Assembly (NCBI GenBank): GCA_965248355.1
Contig: OZ252098.1
Location: 5,376,001-5,440,000, forward strand
Source of the DNA: Candidatus Latescibacterota bacterium
Lineage (GTDB): Bacteria > Latescibacterota > UBA2968 > UBA8231
Direction: 5' to 3'
Length of the DNA: 64,000 nucleotides
Every line of letters starts with the position of its first letter. Within the stretch, counting starts at the first letter, position 1. The notes below the pieces were generated by a model. The model worked only from the letters and a program-made list of their open reading frames with translations, ran no database searches and had not been told where the DNA came from. The position numbers and the translations under genes are program-made. Positions 48,001-55,220 of the stretch are shown here, piece after piece.

Positions 48001-51000
48001 CGCCGCATGGCCTGGCGCCAGCCTTCGACGGTCCGGCTCCCCAGGCCGATGCCGGCGTAGACCGGCTCCCGGCCGTGGCGCTCCCCGGCGGCGAACCAGA
48101 GCATGACGTCGAGCCGGTTGAGGGCGCGGCGCCGGGCCCCGGAGGCGCCGTCGACGATGACCAGGGCGCTGTCCGGATTCCCCTCCAGCATCAGCCGGCA
48201 GACCGCCGCCGGGTCCTCCAGGAGCCGCAGCAAGCCCCGGTGGGGGATGCCGGTGTCGAGGACGTCGGCGCCCTGCAGGGCCCGTTCGTACGAGCGCTCC
48301 GGACCGAGGACCTGCAGGGCCAGGGCGTGGAGCCGGCCGCAGAGCCGCCGCGACAGGTCGGCCCGGAGGCTGTCGTCAACATCGGCCGCCGTCGCCCAGC
48401 GCTCGAGGTGGGGGCCGTAGGTGGCCAGGCTGGCGTCGATCTCGGCGTTGCTGAACCCGGCCGCGGCCAGCTCCTGGCGGGCCCCCTCGGCGATCGCCTC
48501 CAGGCTCGTGTCGCTGGTATAGCCGAGCAGGTCCTGGGTCGAGAGGCCGGTAGGGGACACGACGCGGATCTCGGCCGGCCGGGGCGGCGCGGGGAACAGC
48601 TCCCGCAGGAGGCCGGGGGTCGCCGGATCGCCGGCATCGAGACCGAGGGCGGCGGCGGCGCGGTCGGCCCGGCCGCGGCCCTCGACCCCGTCGAACCCGT
48701 CCGACAGCAGTCCCGCCAGGGTCTGCCCCTCGGCGTCGAGGGCGTGGAGCAGGTGGTCGGCCGTGCCGCACAGGATCTCGAACTTGCGCATGCCGGCGGC
48801 GAACCGGCCGTCCTGCGTGTCGGGCTTGTACTCCGCGGTGAGCACCACCACCGGGGCGGCGGCGACGCCCTCGTGACGGCGGGCGGCCTCGGCCAGGGCC
48901 CGCCGGGTCAGCCAGACCTTGAAGAAGGGCATGAAGCGGTTCACGTGCTCGGCGCCGGCCACCATCTTGTGCACGCCCCAGCGCGCCACCCGCGCCGTGG
49001 TGGCGCGCTCCGAGTCCCGCAGCTCGGGCTGGCCGAGCCCCTCCAGGACCTCGGCCAGGCGCGTGATCTGGAAGACGGGGACGGGTCCCCGCTCCCCCTC
49101 CCGGACGGCGAACAACCTGCCGAGGCCGGCCACGTCGCCCAGAACTCCGGCGGCCCAGGCCTCCCACTCGAAGCGCGCGGCGAAGTCCTCGCGGCGGCCG
49201 AGGATCCCGACGGCGGCGCGGGCGACCCCGTCGTGGTGCTCGGCCGGCACGCCGAGCTGACGCAGCTTCTCGGCGCGGCCGAGGGTGAGGACGAACTCGA
49301 GGAACAGGCCGTCCTTGGGCACGCAGTAGCCGCCGTAGCCCTCGCCGGCCGGATGGATCACGCGGTCGCCCCGGCGGCTCATCTGGTCGCCCATCTCCTC
49401 GATGTCGCCGTGGCCGCTGGCCGAGACCATGAGGGACAGGGCGTTGGAGAAGGCGAGGTGCGAGGCCATGCTGGCGTTCTCGCCCGTCTTGAGGATCTCG
49501 GGCTCGGTGAGGCTGTCGTAGCTGCGCACCGACTTGTTGATCAGCCCGTAGATCTCTCGTCCGGCCCGCGCCGAGGCGCGGTCGGCGCCGCCGACCCACT
49601 GCGACCAGGTCTCCACCGACTCCCGCTCCCGGTGGCCGAGGTCGACCCGGCTCGGGGTGTACAGCAGGTGATAGCGCTTGTCGCCCCCGGCGGCTCCGTA
49701 GCGGTGGGCCGGATCGAGGCTCAGGTGGGCCAGGCCGTGGCTCAACAGCACCTGCTTGCGGGCCGTGGTCTTCGCCAGCCGCGAGAACCGGCGCAGGTAG
49801 GTGCGCCGGCGGTCGTCGCCATCGGCGCCGCCTTCGCGGGACCACTCGGCCAGCAGCCGGCGCCGGGCCAGGAACCGGGTGAAGCTCTCCAGGTCCTGTC
49901 GGTAGTCCTCGTCCCCTTCCACGACGCGCACCAGGGCGGCCGGCCGCGACAGGGCCGGCTCGGCGGCGCGCAGGGCGGCCACCTCCTCCTCGAGCTGACG
50001 GCCGTTGCGCGCCGCCACCCGGTCCAGGGCCTCGCGGGACAGCTCCTCGTCCCGGGCCTCGCACAGCCGCCCGATTTCGGCGGGATCGGAGACGTCGCCG
50101 GCCTCGCGCTCGCCGCCGCGTTCCTCCGCCAGCTCGAGCAGGGCGCCCAGGACGGCGACCTCCTCCTGCACCGTGCGGTTGCGGCCGACGACGCGCGACA
50201 CGGCCGCGCTCTCGTCGAGATCCTCCTCGGCGGCGGTCTCCTCCACCTCGACCCGGATCCCCAGCTCGCGCACCACCCGCTCCCCGAGGGCGCACAGCCG
50301 CCGGCGGTAGAAGGCCCGTCGTTCGTCGACCTCGGACTCCAGCCCGCGCGCGGCCACCACGTTGTGCAGGGCCATCGACTCCTCGAGCCAGGTGCGGATG
50401 TAGCCGTCGGTCATCCCCGCCGACTGGGTGGTCAGCACGTGCAGCACCGGCAGAGGACGGCGGGGCTCGAGGGCCCCCCGGTGGAGGGACCGGGCGCGGG
50501 CGGTGCCGACCTCGGCCTCGAGATCGACGAGGCTCGACCAGGGCTCCTGCCGGGCGCGGGTCAGGGCATCGGCGAGAGTCGAGCCGGACTCGTCCGACCA
50601 CTCGAGCAACAGGGCGCACAGGGCCTCGAAGGGCTCCTCCTCCTCGCGCTCGATGCGGCCCCGCAGATCGGCGGCGCGCTCCCGGGCGAGGCGCGACACC
50701 AGCCCGGCGGCGCGGGCGATCTCCGCGGACGGGTCGCCCGGCGCGGCGCGGGCCCAGTCGAGGGCGGCGGCCTCGTCCCCGCCCGGGCCGGCCTCCCGGC
50801 ACAGGAGCCAGCGCGCCGCGGCCAGGTACTCGGTGTCGGCCACGTCGCGCAGGTTCGCGGCCCAGTGGTCGGCCATCTCCTCGCGGAAGGACTCCTCCAT
50901 GCCGTCGATGTCGATCACCGTGCGCGTCGACTCGACGCCTTCGTCGTCGACGAGGACCTCCTCCTTTATGAACAGGGGGATGGCCTCGATCCAGTGGTCG

Positions 51001-52559
51001 GAGACCTCCAGCCAGCGGTAGTCGGGGCTGGAGTAGAGGCGGTCGCCGGCGAGGCGCACCAGCTTGGTGAGGTTGTCGGCCTTGCCCAGGTAGGGCTCCT
51101 CGAACTCGTTGATCTTCACCAGCAGGTGCGAGCCGGTGGGGGAGGGGCGCTGGCTGATGACGACGTAGGCGGCGTTTCTCGAGGGGGACCGCAGCAGCTC
51201 GCCGCGCACCCGCTCGACCAGGCCGAGGCGCCGGCGGACGAGGCCGCTCGCCGAATCGACGTCGAGGGCGGTCTCCGGGGCGCCGGCCAGCTCATCGCCG
51301 TGGTCCTCCACCCGGGCGCGGGCCCGGTGCAGTCCCTGCATGAGGTCGTCCCGCTGCGCGTCGAGAACGGCTTCCTCGTAGCGCTCGCAGGCCCCCTCCA
51401 GCTGGATCAGGGAGACCGCCTGGTCCACCTCCAGCAGCAGCCGCAGCTCCAGGGCCGGCGACTGCAGAGCGGCGGCCCCGGCGGCGGCCGTCCAGGCCTC
51501 CTCGGCCAGCGGCTTCCAGGCCGGCGTCGGCGAGAGGCGCACGGCGTCGGCGAAGAGCGTGCCCTGGTTGTGGAAGGCGCGGCTCATGCGGCCGAAGACC
51601 AGCTCCTGTCCCGAGGACCGGGTCTCGCGGGAGAGGCGGCGGATGTTCTCCGCCTCGACCTCGCGGTCGTAGTCGCGCAGCACGCCGTAGAGCAGCAGGC
51701 GCTTGTCGTCCACGTCGGCGTCGCTGTCGAGGATCTCGCCGGCGGCCCGGCGGTCGTAGGGCAGGTCGAGACGATCCTGGCCGAGGAGCCAGGTGATCCA
51801 CCGGTCGCGGCCGTGCGGGGCTTCTTCGCGGCTCGCCCGCCGCAGGAAGGAGGAGAACAGGTTGCCGGCGTCGAGCTCTCCCGAGCCCTCGAGCAGGGCC
51901 AGGAGCACGGCCTGGTCCGGCCGTCCGAGACGGCCGTGGAGGTCGACGACCCAGTGCAGGGCCTGGCGCAGCGAGGCGCCGCGGACGACGTCGAGCTGGG
52001 CGAACAGCCCGAGGGCGAGGAGGAGCTCGACGCCGCGCAACCGCTCGGGCACCTCGGCGCTCAGATCGTCCTTGGCCTCCAGGCCGATCCCGAGGGCGGC
52101 CATGGCGTCGGCGGCCAGCCACAACCGCCGGCCGTCGAAATCGAGGAGGCGCTCGTGGCCCCGGCACAGGACCAGGGGCCGGTCGGTGCCGCGCAGGCTT
52201 GCGGCCAGCTCCGCCAGGCGGGCGTCGCCCTCGAAGCGCCGGGAGACCAGGCGGGCGGACCGTTCGCACAGCCGGGCCGCCAGCGCCGCCTCGGGGCCGG
52301 CGTCGTCGGGAACGGCCACGGACGTGTCGGCAAAGGGGCGGGAGCCGAAGGCCAGGGAACCGGCGGCCAGGATCTCGCCGGGGCCGCGCCGGGCGCGGCA
52401 GATCCCCGTGGGCCGGTGGTGGTCCACGAGCCGGAGGGGAAGGCCCTGGAGGCTCAGCGGCGGGGGCACGGTAACGGGCGAGGTTTCATCCCCGGTCTGC
52501 GGGAGCCGGTCGTCGTTCTTGTCGCCGGGAGAGATCCGGGGGTTGCTGACGGGGGCCAC
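45045..52559 (-). CDS. Giant fusion: nucleotide-sugar (UDP-Glc/GDP-Man family) dehydrogenase-like core plus C-terminal ATP-grasp domain
   Basis: YTPSRVDLG, EILKTGEN, GEGYGGYCVPKD, EYKPDTQDGR (dehydrogenase); YDKAKY, MIKDAAESGG, IQEVI, TNVGRGG, LDFLV, IEPNIG (ATP-grasp); true start may be near 52469. Confidence 0.72.
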   Translation of the reverse strand: MAPVSNPRISPGDKNDDRLPQTGDETSPVTVPPPLSLQGLPLRLVDHHRPTGICRARRGPGEILAAGSLAFGSRPFADTSVAVPDDAGPEAALAARLCERSARLVSRRFEGDARLAELAASLRGTDRPLVLCRGHERLLDFDGRRLWLAADAMAALGIGLEAKDDLSAEVPERLRGVELLLALGLFAQLDVVRGASLRQALHWVVDLHGRLGRPDQAVLLALLEGSGELDAGNLFSSFLRRASREEAPHGRDRWITWLLGQDRLDLPYDRRAAGEILDSDADVDDKRLLLYGVLRDYDREVEAENIRRLSRETRSSGQELVFGRMSRAFHNQGTLFADAVRLSPTPAWKPLAEEAWTAAAGAAALQSPALELRLLLEVDQAVSLIQLEGACERYEEAVLDAQRDDLMQGLHRARARVEDHGDELAGAPETALDVDSASGLVRRRLGLVERVRGELLRSPSRNAAYVVISQRPSPTGSHLLVKINEFEEPYLGKADNLTKLVRLAGDRLYSSPDYRWLEVSDHWIEAIPLFIKEEVLVDDEGVESTRTVIDIDGMEESFREEMADHWAANLRDVADTEYLAAARWLLCREAGPGGDEAAALDWARAAPGDPSAEIARAAGLVSRLARERAADLRGRIEREEEEPFEALCALLLEWSDESGSTLADALTRARQEPWSSLVDLEAEVGTARARSLHRGALEPRRPLPVLHVLTTQSAGMTDGYIRTWLEESMALHNVVAARGLESEVDERRAFYRRRLCALGERVVRELGIRVEVEETAAEEDLDESAAVSRVVGRNRTVQEEVAVLGALLELAEERGGEREAGDVSDPAEIGRLCEARDEELSREALDRVAARNGRQLEEEVAALRAAEPALSRPAALVRVVEGDEDYRQDLESFTRFLARRRLLAEWSREGGADGDDRRRTYLRRFSRLAKTTARKQVLLSHGLAHLSLDPAHRYGAAGGDKRYHLLYTPSRVDLGHRERESVETWSQWVGGADRASARAGREIYGLINKSVRSYDSLTEPEILKTGENASMASHLAFSNALSLMVSASGHGDIEEMGDQMSRRGDRVIHPAGEGYGGYCVPKDGLFLEFVLTLGRAEKLRQLGVPAEHHDGVARAAVGILGRREDFAARFEWEAWAAGVLGDVAGLGRLFAVREGERGPVPVFQITRLAEVLEGLGQPELRDSERATTARVARWGVHKMVAGAEHVNRFMPFFKVWLTRRALAEAARRHEGVAAAPVVVLTAEYKPDTQDGRFAAGMRKFEILCGTADHLLHALDAEGQTLAGLLSDGFDGVEGRGRADRAAAALGLDAGDPATPGLLRELFPAPPRPAEIRVVSPTGLSTQDLLGYTSDTSLEAIAEGARQELAAAGFSNAEIDASLATYGPHLERWATAADVDDSLRADLSRRLCGRLHALALQVLGPERSYERALQGADVLDTGIPHRGLLRLLEDPAAVCRLMLEGNPDSALVIVDGASGARRRALNRLDVMLWFAAGERHGREPVYAGIGLGSRTVEGWRQAMRRQRRRARRLAEIRRGGDAEAAAAEYERILAEVRLGQEAEQQLGEVDKLRRFGRLRRRDELVSRSLARLAGGLPLERATFADFLVLGGLFLLDGAPQEEIDGWRRDLGLGAGDAESRELESLLLHPARPPELEEFREEKGLESSNKAAEDQPAAALEARSQLRARILRARALHERHRGAESVDGRPASFAEARAAALEALGDGGGAVTDAAFGAFIAHARTALSALVSEQYDEDHADEAQRFHDHLSQLFLGPEIDPEDWRRIAGGYEDVGDFGRLAQAVVERDGAGGAGHGLRQVAAGAELLYILLALETTLPCTRPGAPPDAEGLWRALTDFFAETIDDHFHEYRPWVYSRGVGFAGYSGDALYELAVEHHGWLGRYLRHVVTHHTELAGRTLQDRDLLLGRYEGEVAVDPIGVTAVSEWERRWRAYGQLRELAFMRNDGFPIPPVFAAFDPDLIDADRRVNHLIALPVGRTHYSRALVEGPTLSRELTAAGRPGANLIISRGVDLVEGQGEDRPVVQVCSGHLHVSREEYAAALVRHGGLDADAAAAQAAAECTPKGVRLAVRFTRPLRAAVVYPFHGDPRYHEGRLEDCGLPYSVQSLFHTWTTYDKAKYPDIFVAASGVDVPHEIDWLAADTRRASSEGAARKSIENGLDGSDYPGLREFARHHRLVMIKDAAESGGRNARAFVLRRLASTSLDETELERAVDFIYQISLRHNVAIQEVILSSPEAWATDDFIDSFVRRQVVEWGSAVERRRRPRSPIYGSHRVIVSSDDPAADLPLEQRWHLSHWITLNSKQLITNVGRGGSLERFLPEIVQPSCRQALFDGLAAAARRVMEALSAYEGRSADAYRRDTGRPVGRDLTGLSYGTPRYMMLDFLVTPQFAEPGDLVEVNRQPGVEPVFILQHGDRRFPGTLSGWRVVLIEPNIGVGLWDRVALREEARERAASDAGGRPFDCDRVGENARIVLRDLSRAGEDYLRALERDR

Positions 52560-52764
52560 CTTCGGGGAGCTCCCGGCCGCCGGCGGGAAGGCAAGCCCGG
52601 CCGGTGAGGGATGGAAGGAGGGAAATTAGACCCCCGCGGAAAGGCGGGCAACACCGCCTGGGGGGGCTCTCCCCTCGGGCGGGATGCCCTTCGCGCCTGC
52701 AGAAGAAGAGCCGCCCCGAAGCGTGGGGAAGGGCCGTTGAGGGCCTCCCTTCAGGCGGCCGCGG

Positions 52765-53307
52765 TCAGGATTCCTCCTCCTCCTCGGCGAACAGCTCGGC
52801 GAGGTCGTAGACGTCCTCTCCGACGGTCACGGTCCCTCCGTAGGTCGGCGGATCGGTCGTGGCGTCGATGGTGATGTCCACGTTGACGTCGACCGGACCT
52901 TCCTGGCCCCCCAGCCCGCTGGCCACCAGGTCTCCCTTCAGAGTCACCGGTTGAACGAGAAGGTCCAGTGTCAGCTCGCCGTCGAGGACGAGCTGGCCGT
53001 CGGCCGAGAAGGATTCCAGCGTCAGCGTGCTGCCCGTCACCGCAAGGGTTCCCTGCTCCCCTTCGATGGTGCCGCCTCCGGTCAACAGCAACCCCATCGC
53101 CTTGACCACCACGGGCTCGAGGGCCGAGAACAACCCCTGAACCTGCTCCTGCGCCTCGGCGGCCTCCTCTTCCTTCGTCGTTCCGTTCTCCGGCCCGGTC
53201 GGTCCGTTGCCCTCGTCGTCGCCGCAGGCCAGGGCGAGCAGGGCGAGGGGCATGATGAGCAGGATCAGCCTCCGGGTCCCGCGGTAACGGCCGGGAACCT
53301 GTCTCAT
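52765..53307 (-). CDS. Hypothetical lipoprotein
   Basis: GGAGG RBS, basic N-region, LALAC lipobox, acidic beta-rich body. Confidence 0.7.
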   Translation of the reverse strand: MRQVPGRYRGTRRLILLIMPLALLALACGDDEGNGPTGPENGTTKEEEAAEAQEQVQGLFSALEPVVVKAMGLLLTGGGTIEGEQGTLAVTGSTLTLESFSADGQLVLDGELTLDLLVQPVTLKGDLVASGLGGQEGPVDVNVDITIDATTDPPTYGGTVTVGEDVYDLAELFAEEEEES

Positions 53308-53369
53308 GGAATCCTCCATTTTATTGGTGGCGTTGGTGGCGGCATCACGGCGCCGGTCGAACCGGTGGC

Positions 53370-53587
53370 TCACGGCTTCGCCTCGACGAAGCGGAGAAGC
53401 TCCTCCCTCGTCCTGGCGTAGTTCAACAGGTACACGGCGACGACCAGGTCGACCTGGTCGTCGCCGCTCGGGAGGTCTCCCAGGATCTCGAACAGCGAGT
53501 AGGCCTCGACATATCTGCGAAAAGCAGAAGCTTCGAGTCCTGGTAGGCTTCGGCGATGGCGTCGTACTGATTCTCCGATGGACTCAC
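53370..53587 (-). pseudogene. Degraded class I SAM-dependent methyltransferase fragment
   Basis: QYDAIAEAYQDSKLL, then a frameshift into FRRYVEAYSLFEILGDL and VDLVVAVYLLNYARTREEL; the SAM-binding motif I between them is missing. Confidence 0.55.
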
Positions 53588-53645
53588 GAGTCTCTCCCGA
53601 CGCATGACTCGGCCCGGACCGGAACTCGACGGCGGGCTGGATCCC

Positions 53646-54044
53646 TCACCTGCGGGTGGTCCGGGCGCGCCGGGCGCTGGCGAGCAGGGCGGACACGTCC
53701 GACAGCAGGGCCTCGTTCTTGAAGGGCTTTTCAAGCACCCGGTCGGCGCCGGCGATGCTGGCCAGAGTCGTGGCCAGTTCCGGGTTCTGGTGCATGCCGC
53801 CGCCGGAGATGGCGATGATGCCGAGGGCGGGATGGCTCTTGCGCAGCTTCTTGATCAGCTGGACGCCGGTCATCCCCGGCATGTTCACGTCGGTCAGGAG
53901 GATGTCCGGACCGTGGGAGGCCACGCTCTCCAGGGCCGCTTCGGAGCGGTCCGCCTCGAGGACCTGGTACCCGGAACGCCGCAACAGCATGGCCAGCGCC
54001 GAGAGGACGCCCTCGTCGTGCTCGGTGATCAGGACGGTGGCCAT
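53646..54044 (-). CDS. Single-domain response regulator (receiver)
   Basis: LITEHDE, LTDVNMPGMTG, ISGG, LEKPF. Confidence 0.9.
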   Translation of the reverse strand: MATVLITEHDEGVLSALAMLLRRSGYQVLEADRSEAALESVASHGPDILLTDVNMPGMTGVQLIKKLRKSHPALGIIAISGGGMHQNPELATTLASIAGADRVLEKPFKNEALLSDVSALLASARRARTTRR

Positions 54045-54047
54045 GGT

Positions 54048-55055
54048 TCAAGCCTCCGCTTCGGACCTGGGGATGAGGATCTCGAAGGCCGTCCCCTCGC
54101 CGGGCGACGACTTGACGGTGATCTTGCCATGCCATCCCTGGACAAAGCTGTCCACCACGGCCAGCCCCAGGCCCGTGCCCTTCCCGGTCTCCTTGGTGGT
54201 GAAGAAGGGCTCGAAGACCTTGTCCCTCACCTCGGGCGCCATGCCGGTGCCCTCGTCGGCCACGGTCACGCGGACATACCGGCCCGCCGCCAATCCCCGG
54301 GAGCGTGCGCCCCGGGCGTCGAGGGTGAGGGCGTCGAGGCCGATCGTTACCGTGCCCTTCCGGGTCATCGCCTCGGCCGCGTTCTTGAGCAGGTTCGTCA
54401 ACACCTGCCTGAACTCCGTCGGGTTGACGCGGATGGCGCCGGTCTCCTCCGCGATCCGGGTCTCGATCTGGATGCGGCTCCGGTAGGAGTCCTGGGCCTC
54501 GGCGGTGAAGTCCGCGAGATCCCGCGCCGGCGCCACTTCCTCCGGCTCCTGGGTGCCGCCGGCGGGGAAGGCCAGGGTGCCCTTGACGATCTCGGAGCCG
54601 TGCTCGGCGGCCTTGAGGATGTGCCGCATCCGGCTGCGGCGCTCCTCCGGCGAATCCTCGCGGTCGAGGCTGATCTGGGCCAGGGTGATGATGGGCTGCA
54701 GGACGTTGTTGAACTCGTGGGCGAGACCTCCGGTGAGGGCTCCCATGGCCGCCATCTTGCAGGCTTCGCCGAGCTGATCCTCCGTGGCCCGGCGCTTCTC
54801 CACGGCCTGCGCCAGGCGGGCTTCCGTTCTCTTCAGCTCGCGGTTCAGCCGCGAGGCCTCGCGCCAGCGCTGCGCGGCGAACCAGACGATCACGAGGGCC
54901 AGGGCGGGCACGGCGGCGAGGGCCTCGCCGAACTCCCACTTCCGGTAATGGCGCGTCATGTCCAAGAGGGCCTCGACCAGGTCGATCCTGGCGAAGGCGT
55001 AACCCATGAGGGCACAGGCGAAGGCGCCGATGATCAGGTCCCTGGAGGCTTTCAT
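54048..55055 (-). CDS. Membrane sensor histidine kinase
   Basis: Two TM helices; H-box GGLAHEFNNVL, N-box QVLTNLLKNA, DEGTGM, FEPFFTTK, GTGLGL. Confidence 0.9.
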   Translation of the reverse strand: MKASRDLIIGAFACALMGYAFARIDLVEALLDMTRHYRKWEFGEALAAVPALALVIVWFAAQRWREASRLNRELKRTEARLAQAVEKRRATEDQLGEACKMAAMGALTGGLAHEFNNVLQPIITLAQISLDREDSPEERRSRMRHILKAAEHGSEIVKGTLAFPAGGTQEPEEVAPARDLADFTAEAQDSYRSRIQIETRIAEETGAIRVNPTEFRQVLTNLLKNAAEAMTRKGTVTIGLDALTLDARGARSRGLAAGRYVRVTVADEGTGMAPEVRDKVFEPFFTTKETGKGTGLGLAVVDSFVQGWHGKITVKSSPGEGTAFEILIPRSEAEA

Positions 55056-55183
55056 GGAGAGATCCCGGTGTGTGAAGGGGTCGAGGCCGCCAAGCGGTTC
55101 GCCCGAAAAGAAAGTGCAGCGGAGCGCCCGGCGCACCGGAGCCGCCGGGAGCCGAACCGATTTGCCGGGCCTCCGGCCGGCGG

Positions 55184-55217
55184 GCGATATTGGCCTCCCT
55201 GCGATATTGGCCTCCCT
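55184..55217. repeat. Perfect 17-bp tandem repeat (2 copies) GCGATATTGGCCTCCCT
   Basis: Copies at 55184-55200 and 55201-55217, ending 3 bp before the fhs ATG. Confidence 0.95.
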
Positions 55218-55220
55218 GCC

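Noticed and set aside
45045..52559. NRPS/PKS megasynthase or intein-containing protein
   Set aside because: No A, C, KS or carrier-protein motifs, and no intein splice or LAGLIDADG motifs seen
52560..52764. GC-rich inverted repeats as an ncRNA or riboswitch before the giant gene
   Set aside because: Stems are imperfect and expected at this GC content; no known RNA motif recognised
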